Source: Octopus sinensis | Lineage: Eukaryota | Direction: 5' to 3' | DNA: 64,000 nucleotides | Assembly: GCF_006345805.1 (NCBI RefSeq) | Contig: NC_043008.1 | Location: 39,370,001-39,434,000 of the forward strand | In this document: in pieces, positions 49,430 to 64,000 of the stretch | Layout of the letters: each line of letters begins with the position of its first letter | How positions within the stretch are numbered: the stretch's first letter is position 1 | Notes under the pieces: generated by a model | The model's input: only the letters and a program-made list of their open reading frames with translations | Told to the model about the DNA's origin: nothing | Database searches by the model: none | Position numbers and translations under genes: made by a program

Positions 49430-51560
49430 CCAAGTGTTCCAGTTACTATTGGTATCACACCTACTCTCCTCATTAACTACAACCTCCGTATTTCCCACTC
49501 CAAATCGTCATAGTTGTTTATTTTTCTTCTTTCTCATTGATTGTGTTGTCACCGGAGCATGTTATGTCTACTATCATACATGTTCTTTCTTTTTTATTCA
49601 CCACAACAATGTCCGCTTTCCGATGTCAGGTGATCACACTGAATTATCTCATTCCACAGGATTTTGCAATTCTGATTCTCGGTGACTCCTTCTGGGGTTG
49701 GCTCACACCGCGTTTTTGCTATTTTTAGACCCTGATTTTCACAGGGCTTCCAATGGATGATTCTTGTCAGCTTGTCGTCGCATTCTTTTGTATTCGCGGT
49801 GTTCCAATTTCAGGCATTCGCTAACGATTTGCCACGCCGTTTCACCTCTTTCACCACACATTCTGCATTTCTCACTGTCGGTAGTGTTGTCTATTCTGCA
49901 CTTCATATAGTTGGTCATTAATGCTTGATCTTGAGCTGTGCATATGAGTGCTTCTGTCTCTATCTTCAGGTCACACCGCCTCATTAATAGCCACCGGTGC
50001 TCTGTATTTGTCTTGGCTTTCACATCTCTTGCAAAATGAGCATGCATGTCTTTTTCCTTCCATGATGTTTCTTTTTTGTGTTCATTTCTTCTTTAAATTT
50101 TTATTTCAGTATGCAATTGTCAGTTTTGATGACGCCGGCCTTCTTTATATGTTTCAGCACTAGCTCTACGGCATTTTTAATATGCCACCCCAAGCTGTTT
50201 TTCTCTACTTTGAAACAGTTCTGGCAACTGATCAAATTCTCTTATCCTTTCTTCTGGACAAGTAGAACCTATCAATGTCACTCTTAATGTGGAAGGATCC
50301 CTGTATTACCAACATTTTCCTAGCATTTCTATCCATTTGTATCACTTCTCTCATTTGCCATTTTATAATTCCAGCACCATACCGAAGTATTAACTGCTTG
50401 GGTTTTATCGCCCAAGTATTAACTGCTTGGGTTTTATCCAATTTTGAGCGCAACATCTACCTTAGGCTTCGGAAATATTCTATCTTCAGTTGCTGTTTCA
50501 TTTCCTTCTCCATTATCTCGTTGACCTCTAGTACACCAATGTATTTATATCCTTCCGTTTCAATGTGTTTAATAGACTTTATTCGGTAATTCTATCCATG
50601 CTAAGGACTGTAACTTTAGGGCGAGTATTCCACATTTCTTGAGTTCGAATCTCTTCTAACATCAGCAGTAAAACAGTGGACCATGTTCACCAGGGTACTC
50701 ACTTATGTCTCATTGTTGCCATACAGTTTCAAATCATGCCTGAAGAGGACGTGGTCGACTGCTTAGGATTTTCTCGCTACTTGCTACCCCAAGTTCATTT
50801 TCCTAAGAACCAACGTCTGGGGTATCATGCAGAGAAGTAATAGCAACGGAGACAAGCTATCACCATGGAAAATCCCCTCCTGTGATACCCAGGCTGCCGA
50901 ATCTTTTCCCGTAAGATGTCAGTTCAGTTTTCCATCTCACCATACTTCTCTTCAGGATATAATTTATATTCCTCGCAATTTCAAACAGATCTAAGCACTC
51001 GATGATCCACGAATATGGAATCATCTAAGCTTTGCGATAATTAATCCAGGCCATTCCCAGATGTGTTCTCCTTCGTTTACAATCTTGAATTACCATTTTG
51101 TCTACCTATAATTTATCTTTGGTACCTCTGCACCTCCTTCTACAGCTTTTTTGTCCGGTCGGTAATATGTCGTTCTCATCAAGAAATTTGTACAGTTCTT
51201 CTGAAATTCCTCCTGACAGTAACTTCCACATTAATGGGAGGCAAGAAATTGGCCTCTAATTGTCAGCAACATTTACCTTTGGTGCATCCGTCCGATAGAA
51301 TGCCGTTCGTCCTTTTGTCAAGAAGACTGGGATTTCTTCTTCTCCATTGATCAATTTATGGCAACTAAAGTTGCATGCAAAATTACGGTTTTCAGGATCT
51401 TTGGCATATTACAGCGTCTTCCCTTTTGTCATCCAGCTGGGTACTGCGCTCTGGTGCACTGTCCTTTCGTGGAACCTTCTGAGCTTTTGCATCCATAACT
51501 TTGGACCCCATCTGGTTCTGAGCTTTTCCAAGTTGGGAATATACATAACTGCATTCTTAT
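49430..51560 (-). mobile_element. R4/Dong-clade non-LTR retrotransposon relic (RT, CCHC region, RLE endonuclease)
   Basis: GIFHGDSLSPLL; EGYKYIGVLE; LKIETEALICTAQDQALMTN; KCRMCGERGET..IVSEC; HRKADIVVVNKKERTCMIVDITC; ...VGVIPIVTGTLG. Confidence 0.85.
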
Positions 51561-51587
51561 AATTGCTGTAATTATTTATAGACAGAG

Positions 51588-51625
<38 letters not shown>

Positions 51626-51702
51626 CTTGTTCTTGTTCTTCTTTCTTCTTCCCCCTCCTCTTCTTCTTCTTCCTCTTCTTCTTACTATTATTATTATTAT
51701 TA

Positions 51703-52125
51703 TTGAGTAAGAGAGCAGTGCGTACCATCAAAGTGACACTGGAGTACAAGTATACGAAACCCAGTATACCTATCATGACTACCCGACGTCTGATAAGGGT
51801 ACACCAAGCACGTGCATCGCAACCATATTTGCGCGACATGGTGATCTCATATCAAGATAAGCAGCGCATGAACTTGCAAGTGGGGCCCAGTTAGAATGAT
51901 CTTCTGGTTGAGTAGCCCATCCCGCTGAAAGGGTCCCTGAATAAGATTTGTTTAATGATGTTGAACGAACCACGCATGTTTCCAACGATGAATTATCTAA
52001 ACCTCCCAAAATTCCTTTCAACGCACTGGATTGTAGGGTGTTAAAATAGCAATGATCATATACCCTCATCACAGAGCAAGCTCTGTAGGGATACCAGTTT
52101 AGTCGCCAACGTTCCAACTGAATAA
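51703..52125 (-). mobile_element. Interspersed repeat family F with an (AAT)n tail (SINE-like)
   Basis: A second partial copy lies at 49087; ends ctctctt/cactcaataataat on minus. Confidence 0.65.
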
Positions 52126-52136
52126 AAGAAAAAAAA

Positions 52137-52139
<3 letters not shown>

Positions 52140-52175
<36 letters not shown>

Positions 52176-52205
52176 TATTATTATTATATTATATTATTAT
52201 TATTA

Positions 52206-52243
<38 letters not shown>

Positions 52244-52374
52244 TATTATTATTATATTATTATTTTATTATTATTATTAATATTATTATAATTAATATTA
52301 ATATTATTAATTATTATATTATTATTATTATTATTATTATTAATATTATTATTATTAATATTATTATATTATTA

Positions 52375-52405
<31 letters not shown>

Positions 52406-52508
52406 TATCATCAACATTATCATCATCATTGTTATTATTATTATTATTATATTATCATTATCATCATCATCATTATTATTATATTATTATTATTATTATT
52501 ATTATCAC

Positions 52509-52541
<33 letters not shown>

Positions 52542-52555
52542 TAGTAGTAGTATTA
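52140..52555. repeat. Degenerate (ATT)n/(ATC)n/(AGT)n array
   Basis: Direct inspection. Confidence 0.9.
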
Positions 52556-52707
52556 CTGCAGCAGAATAAAGCTTGAATCGTGGAGTAACTATTCTGTTTA
52601 AATTAAACACGCTATATACTTTTGCTTTGAGCACTCCTCATTCTTTCTCACAGACACCAATGCTTGACCATTCTAGTTATAATATATATATATATTATAT
52701 ATATATA

Positions 52708-52765
<58 letters not shown>

Positions 52766-53130
52766 ATGTTTGAAAGCACATACGTATATGTGGGCGTATA
52801 TACACGTGTGTGTATGTGTATGTATACACGCACACACATATTCACACGCGAGTGCACATACTCATGTGTATATGCAATATTAAATGACCACAACATTCAC
52901 GCTTTCATTGCTTTTATTGCTCTGTGAAAAGGCCGTTTATTTGGAATAATTTGTTCCAGACTAAAGTGTTAAAAAGAAGCAGGTTTTTTTATTTTATATA
53001 TTTTCAATTTTATTATTCTTAGTTTTTGTTTTGAAATGGTGGTCTGGAATAGTCTGAGATCTCAGAATGGTATAGTAATCAATAGTGTACAGCTGATAAC
53101 TTGACATGCCTGAGCAGAATAGAGCAAGAA

Positions 53131-53772
<642 letters not shown>

Positions 53773-54004
53773 TGTGTTTGCACATGTATACACGAGTGGT
53801 ATTCCCGCATGCTTGCATGTATATGTGTGTGTGTGTGAACAAGAGGAATGAGAGAGAGAGTATCGGAGAGAGAAAGAGAGAGAGTATGTGTGTAAAGAAT
53901 AGATTATTATGCCAAGATTTTGAGAGTGGTTCTATTCAGAGAGGAAAACAGATAAACACGGTCCGACTCAAGAAATATAGAGAGGGTGACAGAGAAAGAG
54001 ATAA

Positions 54005-54038
<34 letters not shown>

Positions 54039-54261
54039 AGAGGGAGAAAGACAGAAAGGAAGACAGTAAGAGAGAGAGAGCGCAAGTGCGTGCAAAACAG
54101 TAAAGGAAATCTAATCACAGAATGTGAGGGTGACGTGAAGAGTGAAGCATGTAGAAAGTGTAAAATAGACAGCGGTTGACATTAACAAAATGAAATGAAA
54201 AACTATAGAAAAAAGCAATCGAAAACGATTAGATAGAAATCAATGAATATAATTAAATACT

Positions 54262-54340
<79 letters not shown>

Positions 54341-55368
54341 CAGCAGCAGCGTCAATTGTTATTTCTACTGCAGGTAAACTGACATAAATTTGGAGGAGAT
54401 TTATTAAATATCAATTACCAGATTTTTTTTTTGCTTTGCTTGACGAAATTGGAAGAAGGGGCAGAACCCATAATCATTACAGCGGGTTCCACTTAAACTC
54501 TTCTAACGTGAGTGACATGAGCAGAAAGGATACTTATAGAAAGAACGTCTAAGCCTGAAGTTAGTTGGACTCAGCATGGGGTGGATATCAGTAGAGATGA
54601 GTGAACGGAAATAACTTGAGTGGAACTCCAACGAACAGAAGATATTATGGTGGCAGTAGGGAAGACCAGACTGCAGACACAGCACATCTCTGGGACGTAA
54701 TTGTGATTGACCTTAGAAGGCCATAAATGGTTGTCGCAATGCGTTTAGAAAAACATTGTTATGATTTCCTCAGCTCATCTCCACAGTAATCCTCTCTTTT
54801 TTATATACATGCAAAGCACATGTTAAAAACAATATATTCTAGTATATGGCGATAAATTATGAAGAATTCAAATATTTTGACAACTGCTTAGAGAATGAGT
54901 AATGGCTACTGTCAGTTTTAAACAAATGATGCTAGATAATATTTTTTAACTATTGCAAAACGAATTTTCGCTACAAAAAACTGCATGTGTCAAGCGCCGG
55001 ATCTCTATAATTAGCCATTACACAGGGCAGCAAGTTGTCGGTCACATATGAATAGAAACAACATGCGTTTAACAAAATGAAACTACGTAAATGATATAAA
55101 AAGATATTACACGTGATGAGCTTTTCAGAACTATAAGAATAATGCAACATATTTGTCCCTCTATAAGTGTTGGGGTTGTTATCGTGATGTCCAAAATTAT
55201 TTCATTGATTGGTTGAAATATTTTATCACTTAATTGTTCAGTAAATGTTCTTTGTTTCGTCTTATACTTTTTCCTTGTTTCTAGTGTGCTCTATATTTCT
55301 GTGGTGTCTTTCATGTGTTTGCGGTCACAATATCTTGGTTTTCTCAGTGGATAGATAGACAGGCAGAC

Positions 55369-55431
<63 letters not shown>

Positions 55432-55474
55432 CAAATGTATAGATAGAGAATTTGAACATATAGGAAGTGATACT

Positions 55475-55505
<31 letters not shown>

Positions 55506-55874
55506 AGAGAGTGGAAAAGAGATAGAGATTAGTAAGTATGTATGTATGTATGTATGTAGGCAAGTAGGTAGATAAATAGATAGATAGATACAGCATCACC
55601 ACCATAAACCTCACTAATGATATTTCAAATCTTTGTAGTACTTTCTCCTTAAAAAAACTAAAAAAGACAAAAAGTAAAAGAACAAAAAAAGATTAGAACG
55701 AGAATATGAAACTTTTGGTTATCCATTTCAAATGTGAATATAGGGTAACCAGACTGAAAGAGGAATCTGTTTTTAGTCAAGAATGAAGAAGAGATGCGCT
55801 ACCACTTCAAGCAACGCCAAAGTTTTAACTGTTACGTTTCAGGTGTGTTCAATGAAGCGTTGAATGATTTGCTT

Positions 55875-55912
55875 TAACAACGCTCAGAACTTTCCGGACA
55901 ACCTAATAGATA
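55875..55912. mobile_element. Solo TIR end of the same mariner family as 42338-42900
   Basis: gaactttccggacaacctaa-TA. Confidence 0.7.
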
Positions 55913-55956
55913 GACAGAAGGATGGACATATATAGTGGACGATAGATAGATAGAGT

Positions 55957-55992
<36 letters not shown>

Positions 55993-56321
55993 AGAGAAGT
56001 AGGGATATAATGATAGAAGAGAGAACTAAACAATTTTTTGTCATGTAGAATTTGAATACATTAGCAAAAGGAAACACTACAAACACGCCGTTTAGTCGTA
56101 AGGAAACTTCTATTCTATAGGTTATCCATGTATATTCCCTTTCTTTGTATTGGGTTTAAATCTATTAGAGCTTTATCTAATTTGCTTTATGCAAACCTAT
56201 AGCATATACACGTATGTACATCATTGTCGGTAGGACTTCGTGACGATACACAACGAAAGCGCATCAGCAGTATAAAGTAGGCACACAAAAGTAACGTTTA
56301 TATATAGATAACTGTTCAATG

Positions 56322-56640
56322 AAGGCGCATGGCTCAAGGGTTAGAGTATCAGACTCACATTCATGAGGTAGTGAGTTCGATTCTCAGACCGGGGTGTGGT
56401 GCATTCTGGAACAGAACACTTTACTTCACGATGGTCCAGTTCATGCAGCTTCAGAAATGGGTTGTGACGTTACTGGTGCCAAGCTGTATCGGTCTTTGCC
56501 TTCTCTTCGATAACAATGGTGACGCGGAGAGGGGAGGCGGGCATGCATTGGCGACTGTTGCTCTTCCTTAAACAACCTTACCCAGACTTGTGCCTCGGAG
56601 GGGAACTTTCTCGATGCAATCCCATAATCATTCCTGACCC
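56322..56640 (+). mobile_element. SINE family D
   Basis: Homologous to 15590-15912. Confidence 0.8.
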
Positions 56641-57034
56641 AATGATTATGTTCCTCACAGTGTTCATAAATGATAAAAGAAGATATAATTCATCTGCACA
56701 TAAGTAATAAATTTAAAAGCATACATACAAATGTGTGTATCAATATGCATTGTTTCTATTATGTTAAACTGTCGTTTGTCCAACTTTGGCCAAAAGTAGT
56801 TTTTCAATATTTAATTTTGCTTGCAATAGCCGGTTCTTTTGGTCAAATTTCGTATCTCCAGCTGCTTCAGATGAAAATTGTCAAAGTGTAGCACAACAGT
56901 TTAGCATTTTTCAAAAGTGTTGTAAGCCTCACATACAACAGTTATGCAAATTTTTTTTTCTGCTTGAAATATGCATATTGTGTATATATGTGTCTATATT
57001 CCACATATTCTTTTATATTCCGCATATTGTTTTA

Positions 57035-57347
57035 TAGGCGCAGGCGTTGCCTTGTGGTAGGTACTTTGCTTCTCAACCACATGGCTCTGCGTAACACCTA
57101 AAGCAAGCAAGTGTCTTCTGCTATAGCTTGTGATTGACCAAAGCCTTGTGAGTAGATTTGGAAAATGGAAATTGAAAGAAGCCCGTCGTATATATAAATA
57201 TATGTGTGTGCGTACGTGTGCGCGTCTGTGAATGTGTGTGTGAGTGTGTGCATTTGCTTTTGTACTCCACAACCGCTTGACAACTAGTGACAGTGTGTTT
57301 ACGTCCCCATAGCTGAGCGGTTCGACAAAATAGACCGATAAAAGTAG
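57035..57347 (+). mobile_element. SINE family A, 3'-truncated
   Basis: Head, body and internal microsatellite present; tail missing. Confidence 0.8.
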
Positions 57348-57695
57348 TCATTGTCATGTTTCCTACATTTTCTGCAGCGCCTTGACGACACTGCAACGAA
57401 AGTCTTTCCAATGAAACGCGACTTCGCTCATCGGATGAAGGCGATAGAGTTACTTCGTTCTTTCTTGTAGTGTTTTCTTTGAAGACATAATCGGTTAGTT
57501 TTCCATTGAAGACCCGAAACGGATGGCCATTGACCCACAAGGAGCTCATCCGTCGTTTCAAAATTCTTGCTTTTAGTTTTGCTGGGTGTCCAGACAATCC
57601 CTTCACAGCAGCAGAAATGTAATCAAGTGGGGGAACATTTTCAGTCGCCGAACACCCGACCTTGGAACAGGTGGTATTTGCTTACATGTGTAGAA

Positions 57696-57926
57696 GGCGG
57701 CGAGCTGGCAGAAACGTTAGCGCACCATGCGAAATGCTTAGTGGTATTTCGTCTGTCGCAACGTTCTGGGTTCAAATTCCGCCGAGGTCGACTTTGCCTT
57801 TCATACTTTCGGGGTCGATAAATTAAGTACCAGTTACGCACTGGGGTCGATGTAATCGACTTAATACCTATGTCTGTCCTTGTTTGTCCCCTCCGTGTTT
57901 AGCCCCTTGTGGGTAATAAAGAAATA
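57696..57926 (+). mobile_element. SINE family B with a 16-bp target-site duplication
   Basis: TSD ggta(t/c)ttgcttacatg at 57673-57688 and 57927-57942. Confidence 0.9.
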
Positions 57927-59119
57927 GGTACTTGCTTACATGGTACCCGTAGCAAGTTACACTAGCCTCTGCTGAGGTCTCTGACCGTGTATGTGAAATA
58001 ACTACCAGGCTTTGAAAAGTACAGTTAGTACTGGGGTTATTTCGTTCGACAAAAGTTTTGAAAAGCAGTAGCCCAGCATGGTCACAATCTAATGAGTGAA
58101 ACAAGTAGAAGACACACGATAAAACAATCTTTGGTCTGCGATTCTTACGCAAAGATATTTAATGATTACTGTTTATACTGTCGGGGAAAACAACGAAATT
58201 AACCAATTGTTGTTGCATCGACTGTCGCTATTGTCCTTCTCTTTTCCGTCTTTCTTTTTTTTTTATTCTTCTCGTTGTTTTTGTTGCAGCAGATGTTGCT
58301 GGTGTTGTTGCCGTCATCAATTCTAACTTGATGTGTAAAACCATTAAATTGGAGAGACAAAATCCGGACACCGGAAGTACGTCAGCTTTAATATAAACGT
58401 TATTATTAAGTCGTTTCTGTTATTTGGGAAGTAGAGGATATTTTATTTATTTATGTGTTTTCTTCGTGTATTCTTTGTCCTTGCTTGTTGTTATTTCTCT
58501 CTCTCCCTCCATCCTCACTCTCTCGGTAATACTCTCTCATTCATTATATTCGACTTTCTCTCTCTCACACTATTAATCTGTCTCTCTCGGATATATGAGA
58601 GTCAATGACAGTAATAACTTAGAAATTATGTCTAAGCAGAGATCTAAGTAAATATTAACACCAAACTGCTTATTCCAAGCATAACAATCTATCCGCTCTC
58701 TTGTGTTTCTCACTCTTCGTCATTCTCACGTTCTTTCACAAATATTCTTTCTTGTTTTACATTGTGAACAGAGTTGTTGAGGCGTGCGTGCACGTGTGCG
58801 AGTCAGAGAGTAGAGATAGATAGATAAATAATAGATATACAGATAGAGAAAGATAGAGCGATCGAATGAAGAAGATGAGAAAATATGAGTATAAATTTGT
58901 GGTAAGCAAAAAAAAAAAAATGTAATCTCAAAAGTATAAATTACAAACGTAAGAAGTCATGTAGTTATCTTATTATCTATCTACAGTTTTACATTTCTGT
59001 TTACTCTCCCTCTCTCAGCCCCATTCTCTCTCACCCCCTCTCTTTCTCTCTCTCTCTCTCTCGCACACACACATATATATACACATACGGACACGCACAT
59101 ACACATACACAAACATATC

Positions 59120-59228
59120 TGCCTATCTATGAATCTATCTATCTATCTATCCATCTATCTATCGATCTAACTATTTATAAATTTATGTCTGTCTGCCTGT
59201 CTGTCTGTCTGTCTGTCTGTCTAGCTGT

Positions 59229-59299
<71 letters not shown>

Positions 59300-59326
59300 C
59301 CTATCTATCTATCTATCTATCTAATA

Positions 59327-59379
<53 letters not shown>

Positions 59380-59432
59380 CTCTATCTATCTATCTATCTA
59401 TCTATCTACCTATCTATCTATCTATCTATCTA

Positions 59433-59487
<55 letters not shown>

Positions 59488-59500
59488 CTATCTATCTACG
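59120..59500. repeat. (CTAT)n tetranucleotide array
   Basis: Direct inspection. Confidence 0.95.
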
Positions 59501-60032
59501 TATATGCACACATATATATATAATTGTATATATATATGTTTATATTTATATCCCTTTTGCTCAGATGGATAACTGAATTCTTTCATGCATTTTAGCGTTG
59601 GCAGAGTAAAAGGAAGTCAAGGAAACAGAAAATTAGCAAACACAATGTATAAATGCATACATGCAACGAGAAATTTATACATATAAACAAATAAACATGC
59701 ATATATGCATACAGACATGCATACATATATTAACAGAGTGTAAATAGTGTGTTTTTGTGTATTTCTTATTTCATACGATAAATCAAGCAATAATGAAGAA
59801 AATATAAATAAATAAAGGAATTTACTGAACACGTCATCGTCACTCATGTGTGTGTGTGTATGTGTGTGTGTGTGTGTGTGTGTTGTGTGTGCGTATTGTG
59901 TGTGTGTATAGATATATATGTATATACACACATATATATATATACATATACATGTGTGTATATATAAATATATGCATATATATATATACACACATATATA
60001 TATGTATATATATGTATATATATGAATTTATG

Positions 60033-60105
<73 letters not shown>

Positions 60106-60272
60106 ATATACAAATATGTGTGTATGTACACGGATAAATATAATACATAATATACATGCATACATTCATTTAGCTGCATTACTGTGTATCTAAGTGTGTG
60201 TTTGTGTGTGTGTTGTGTGTGCGCGCGCGTGCGTGTTTGTGTATGTGTGTGTGTGTGCATGTGTGTGTGTGT

Positions 60273-60314
<42 letters not shown>

Positions 60315-61133
60315 ACGTCAAGATTCATTGCAATTGTTCATAAATAATTTCGGATTGTGCAAAGAATGAGTCTTTTTCTTCGTTGAATTGCGATAGGAGA
60401 AAATGTAATCACATCAGCGCACAAAATCCCTTGTCAGCCTTTGACGAACGAGCCAAATGCAATAAATTACTGCGATGAAGTAAAAGAAAATAAAACCCAA
60501 ATAAAAATGATAAAAAGACAGAGAAGACACAAGTAGTAAAAAAAAAAAAAAACCAAAAAACAAAAAAAAAACTAATACAATAAATATGACGATAGACCTT
60601 GTGTAGTAAATGGTATTTTTCTCTGTACTAATTACAATATTGCAGTACTATAGATATATGCGTGTTTGTGCTCTGACCGTGAGTCCATTCTTGGACAAAT
60701 GATACGCATGCGTGCATGTATAATTGTTTGTGTAAGCGTGTAGAAAAGCGAATATATATGTTTGTGTTTATGTGAATATGTGATGTGTGTGTGTGAGCGT
60801 TCCTGCGTGTGATTGGTTTGTCTCCATAACAGATCATCTCAGTATGAGTTAACAGTATTTGGCTAGTGAATGGCTAGAGTTTGTGTTCGTGTTTCGGTTT
60901 TGGTGTACTTAATCGTACGAACGTCTTCGACTCGCAGTCTGTGTGTGTGTGTGTGAAATTGAACTTGTGCTAATGTATGAGTATGTGTGTTTACGTTTCT
61001 CTCATCTATCTATCTATCTATCTATTTATCTATGTATCTATCTATTTATCTATGTATCTATCTATTTATCTATGTATCTATCTATTTATCTATCAATCTA
61101 TATACAATATATATGTGTGTATATATATATGTT

Positions 61134-61190
<57 letters not shown>

Positions 61191-61753
61191 CCTATATATA
61201 CATATGTATATATTTGTATGTACAATATATATATATATCGGATATATATTCTTTTGTTTTAATATGGTAAATATTTTAATTTAATTCTTTGAGACATCGT
61301 ATTATTACTCAAGAATAATTTCAATCCTTCTGTTTTTATAAAATGGTTGAGATAATCTGTCGACTTCCGAACGTGACAGGGAGCCGGTGACATGATGCGA
61401 TCGTTTCACCAAGAACATTCCTATAAATAGAAGACGCTGACTGGCTTACCGACGACTGCTGTCGGCCGTCCCAAAATTAGTCACAGCTTTAAGAAATCAA
61501 GAGTTCGCTTTCCAGGAAATTTTGTGTCTCCATAAATTCTTCGTATGGACTGAGTTAAAATTGACAGTTCCAGTATTACAAATACGTCTCTGTTGATCTG
61601 AGAATGCGTAACTGCAAGTACGAACATTTTTTTATCATTGTTGAACCCGTTACACCGAACATCTTATCAAGTACCTTTGGTAAAGTAAGTTCAGTCATTT
61701 GTTACGATGACGAAATATAATGCTGTGTTATGGAATATTATAATGAAACACTA

Positions 61754-62173
61754 TACTCTTACTCTTTACTCTTTTACTTGTTTCAGTCATTTGACTGCGG
61801 CCATGCTGGAGCACCGCCTTTAGTCGAGCAAATCGACCCCGGGACTTATTCTTTGTAAGCCCAGTATTTATTCTGTCGGTCTCTTTTGCCGAATCGCTAA
61901 GTGACGGGGACGTAAACACACCAGCATCGGTTGTCAAGCAATGCTAGAGAGACAAACACAGACAAACATATACACGCATATACATATATATATATATATA
62001 CATATATACGACAGGCTTCTTTCAGTTTCCGTCTACCAAATCCACTCACAAGGCTTTGGTCGGCCCGAGGCTATAGCAGAAGACACTTGCCCAAGATGCC
62101 ACGCAGTGGGACTGAACCCGGAACCTTGTGGCTGTTTAGCAAGCTACTTACGACACAGCCACTCCTGCGCCTA
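61754..62173 (-). mobile_element. SINE family A, full length
   Basis: Near-consensus copy; reverse complement of 12725-13166. Confidence 0.9.
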
Positions 62174-62835
62174 TGTACAATTTGAATCACCACGATAGCT
62201 TATACATCACTAACACTAACATTGAAATTTTGCTTTCTGTGCAGAATGCACTATTTAGTTCAAACTGAAGGGCAACATTTAGAAAATTGTGTTAAAACGA
62301 ACTACAATTATCAAGTCAACGTAGACATTACATAAGCTAGTAGTAATTAGAGAAATTTAACATACACTCTTTTATAAAATTGATTTCCATAGAGAAATTG
62401 TGAAACAAATACGACGTCTACAAGACGGCAAATGCCGTCAGAAAATATTACTGAAATCCTAACTTCTTAGCTGTAAAAGTATTGATTCAAGACGTTATAA
62501 AAATCTGAAATCCCTCAAAAATACCTCAAGAAGCCGATACACACTGCTTTCTTATTCGTTCAGATATCTACACAGAAGAGGCATAATGACACTCTTTTGT
62601 TACAACGAGGAACTTAAGAAAAATAGGAATACTTAACCATAAATTCACATGTATATTAAATTAGTCACAGATGTTCTCCTACAAGATTTAATACACTAAC
62701 GCAAGACAGAATTTGTTTAATCCAACACTAGGATTCGGGTATTTCGATCACGATCATAGGATGAACAACCCACAAACATTCAAGTTACCGACTACGTGTA
62801 CCTGCATGCTTTCGCGTCATTTCACCGTCGCTATG

Positions 62836-62960
62836 TTCCGCCGAGGTCAACTTTACCTTTCATCATTTCGGGTTCGATAAACTAAGTACCAGTCGAATAC
62901 TGGGGTCGATGTAATCGGCTATCCCCCTCCCTCAAACTTCAAGCCGTGTGCCTATAATAG
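62836..62960 (+). mobile_element. SINE family B-related fragment
   Basis: ccgccgaggtcaactttacctttcatcatttcgggttcgataaactaagtaccagtcgaatactggggtcgatg. Confidence 0.75.
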
Positions 62961-63419
62961 AAAGAATTATCTCCAATTATACAAACCTACAAGAAACTTC
63001 TTAAGAGAGCTCGCGTTTTGTAATTTACATTCTTCTAAAAACAATCCCTTAATTTGGAGCATCTTAACCTTACCTGGATTTCATTTATATAGATTATACG
63101 CATTTATGCGAACTATCTATACAAAAGCACTAAAACCTGATATACGTATATATTCAGAATGGAGAAAATAAGTAGATACTCGCCAAATTCTTTACCGATT
63201 CACATAAGTAAAATAAAAGTACATGTGTAGGACAAATAACAGTCGTATACACACCTGAAGTATGTTACATAGAAGAAGGAAAGAAAGAAAGAAAGAAGGA
63301 AACGAAATGAAACGAAATGAAACGGAAAACATGCACACTTGACAGATAGCTGATTGCATATAAGTACATACATAATAAAATTTATACAGAATAATAATAC
63401 TGTATAAAGAAAAATTACT

Positions 63420-63750
63420 TAGGACTCCAAATTTGCCATCAAGATGTAGGACAAGATATTGTGATAGCCTGGGCTTCAGAGGCCCACAGCTCTTCAATAT
63501 CCTCCCAAAGAACCTGAGGGACCTGCATGGTGTAGATGCGGATGTCTTTAAAGTAGGACTGGATCTCTTCCTGTCAGGTGTCCCAGATGAACCAACTTCA
63601 CGGCAGGAGGTGCAGATGAGGGCAGCTGCATCGAACTCTCTCATGCATCAGATGGCGTTTGCTAAAAAGCATCCGTGAGGTAAAATCGTGTAGCAAACCA
63701 AATGGCGGTGCCCCAGCATGGCCACAGCTCATTAGCTGAAACTGGAAAAA
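63420..63750 (+). mobile_element. CR1/L2-type LINE 3' end (ORF2 C-terminus, stop at 63678, 3' UTR)
   Basis: SLGFRGPQLFNILPKNLRDLHGVDADVFKVGLDLFLSGVPDEP...RAAASNSLMHQ, then a UTR ending gcggtgccccagcatggccacagctcattagctgaaac. Confidence 0.85.
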
Positions 63751-64000
63751 TCAAAAATAAAAATCAAAATCAATCAAAATCATATATAAATAAAAGAAAT
63801 TTCATATAGAGATTTATATCATACACATAAAATTTACACACGTGTTCTATACTGGTATCCATAGTTTATGCATACATATTTGAGCTGATTATCATTTCAT
63901 TTATGTTTCACCTGAATCTGATATGTGGGTGGAAATGCATGTATACATATAATGTTATACATAAGAACATAAGATTATACGAAATTCACGCCTACATGTG

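Overview
AT-rich, microsatellite-saturated eukaryotic DNA. The SINE repertoire and the (TA)n/(CA)n/(GATA)n/(AAT)n density resemble an octopod cephalopod, probably Octopus (inference from recalled repeat sequences, not a search). Almost all ORFs in the supplied track are microsatellite or SINE artefacts. Recognisable content: many tRNA-derived SINEs of at least five families; relics of a Penelope-like element (RT + GIY-YIG), an R4/Dong-type RLE LINE, CR1/L2-type LINE ends, three Tc1/mariner elements, a Chapaev3-type transposase and a Helitron; and two TA-bounded tandem duplications. Main finding: several unrelated short elements carry minimal type-I hammerhead ribozyme motifs, most with their 3' ends at (TA)n tracts. 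Two of them form fold-back palindromes, and one is fused to an intron-free, 3'-truncated copy of a HAD-IIA phosphatase (PGP-like) mRNA, which suggests Penelope/retrozyme-type capture of a host transcript. By-eye splice-site reading also suggests a hidden minus-strand gene of small exons (about 110 aa, no recognised family) and a few plus-strand exon candidates; these are unverified inferences.
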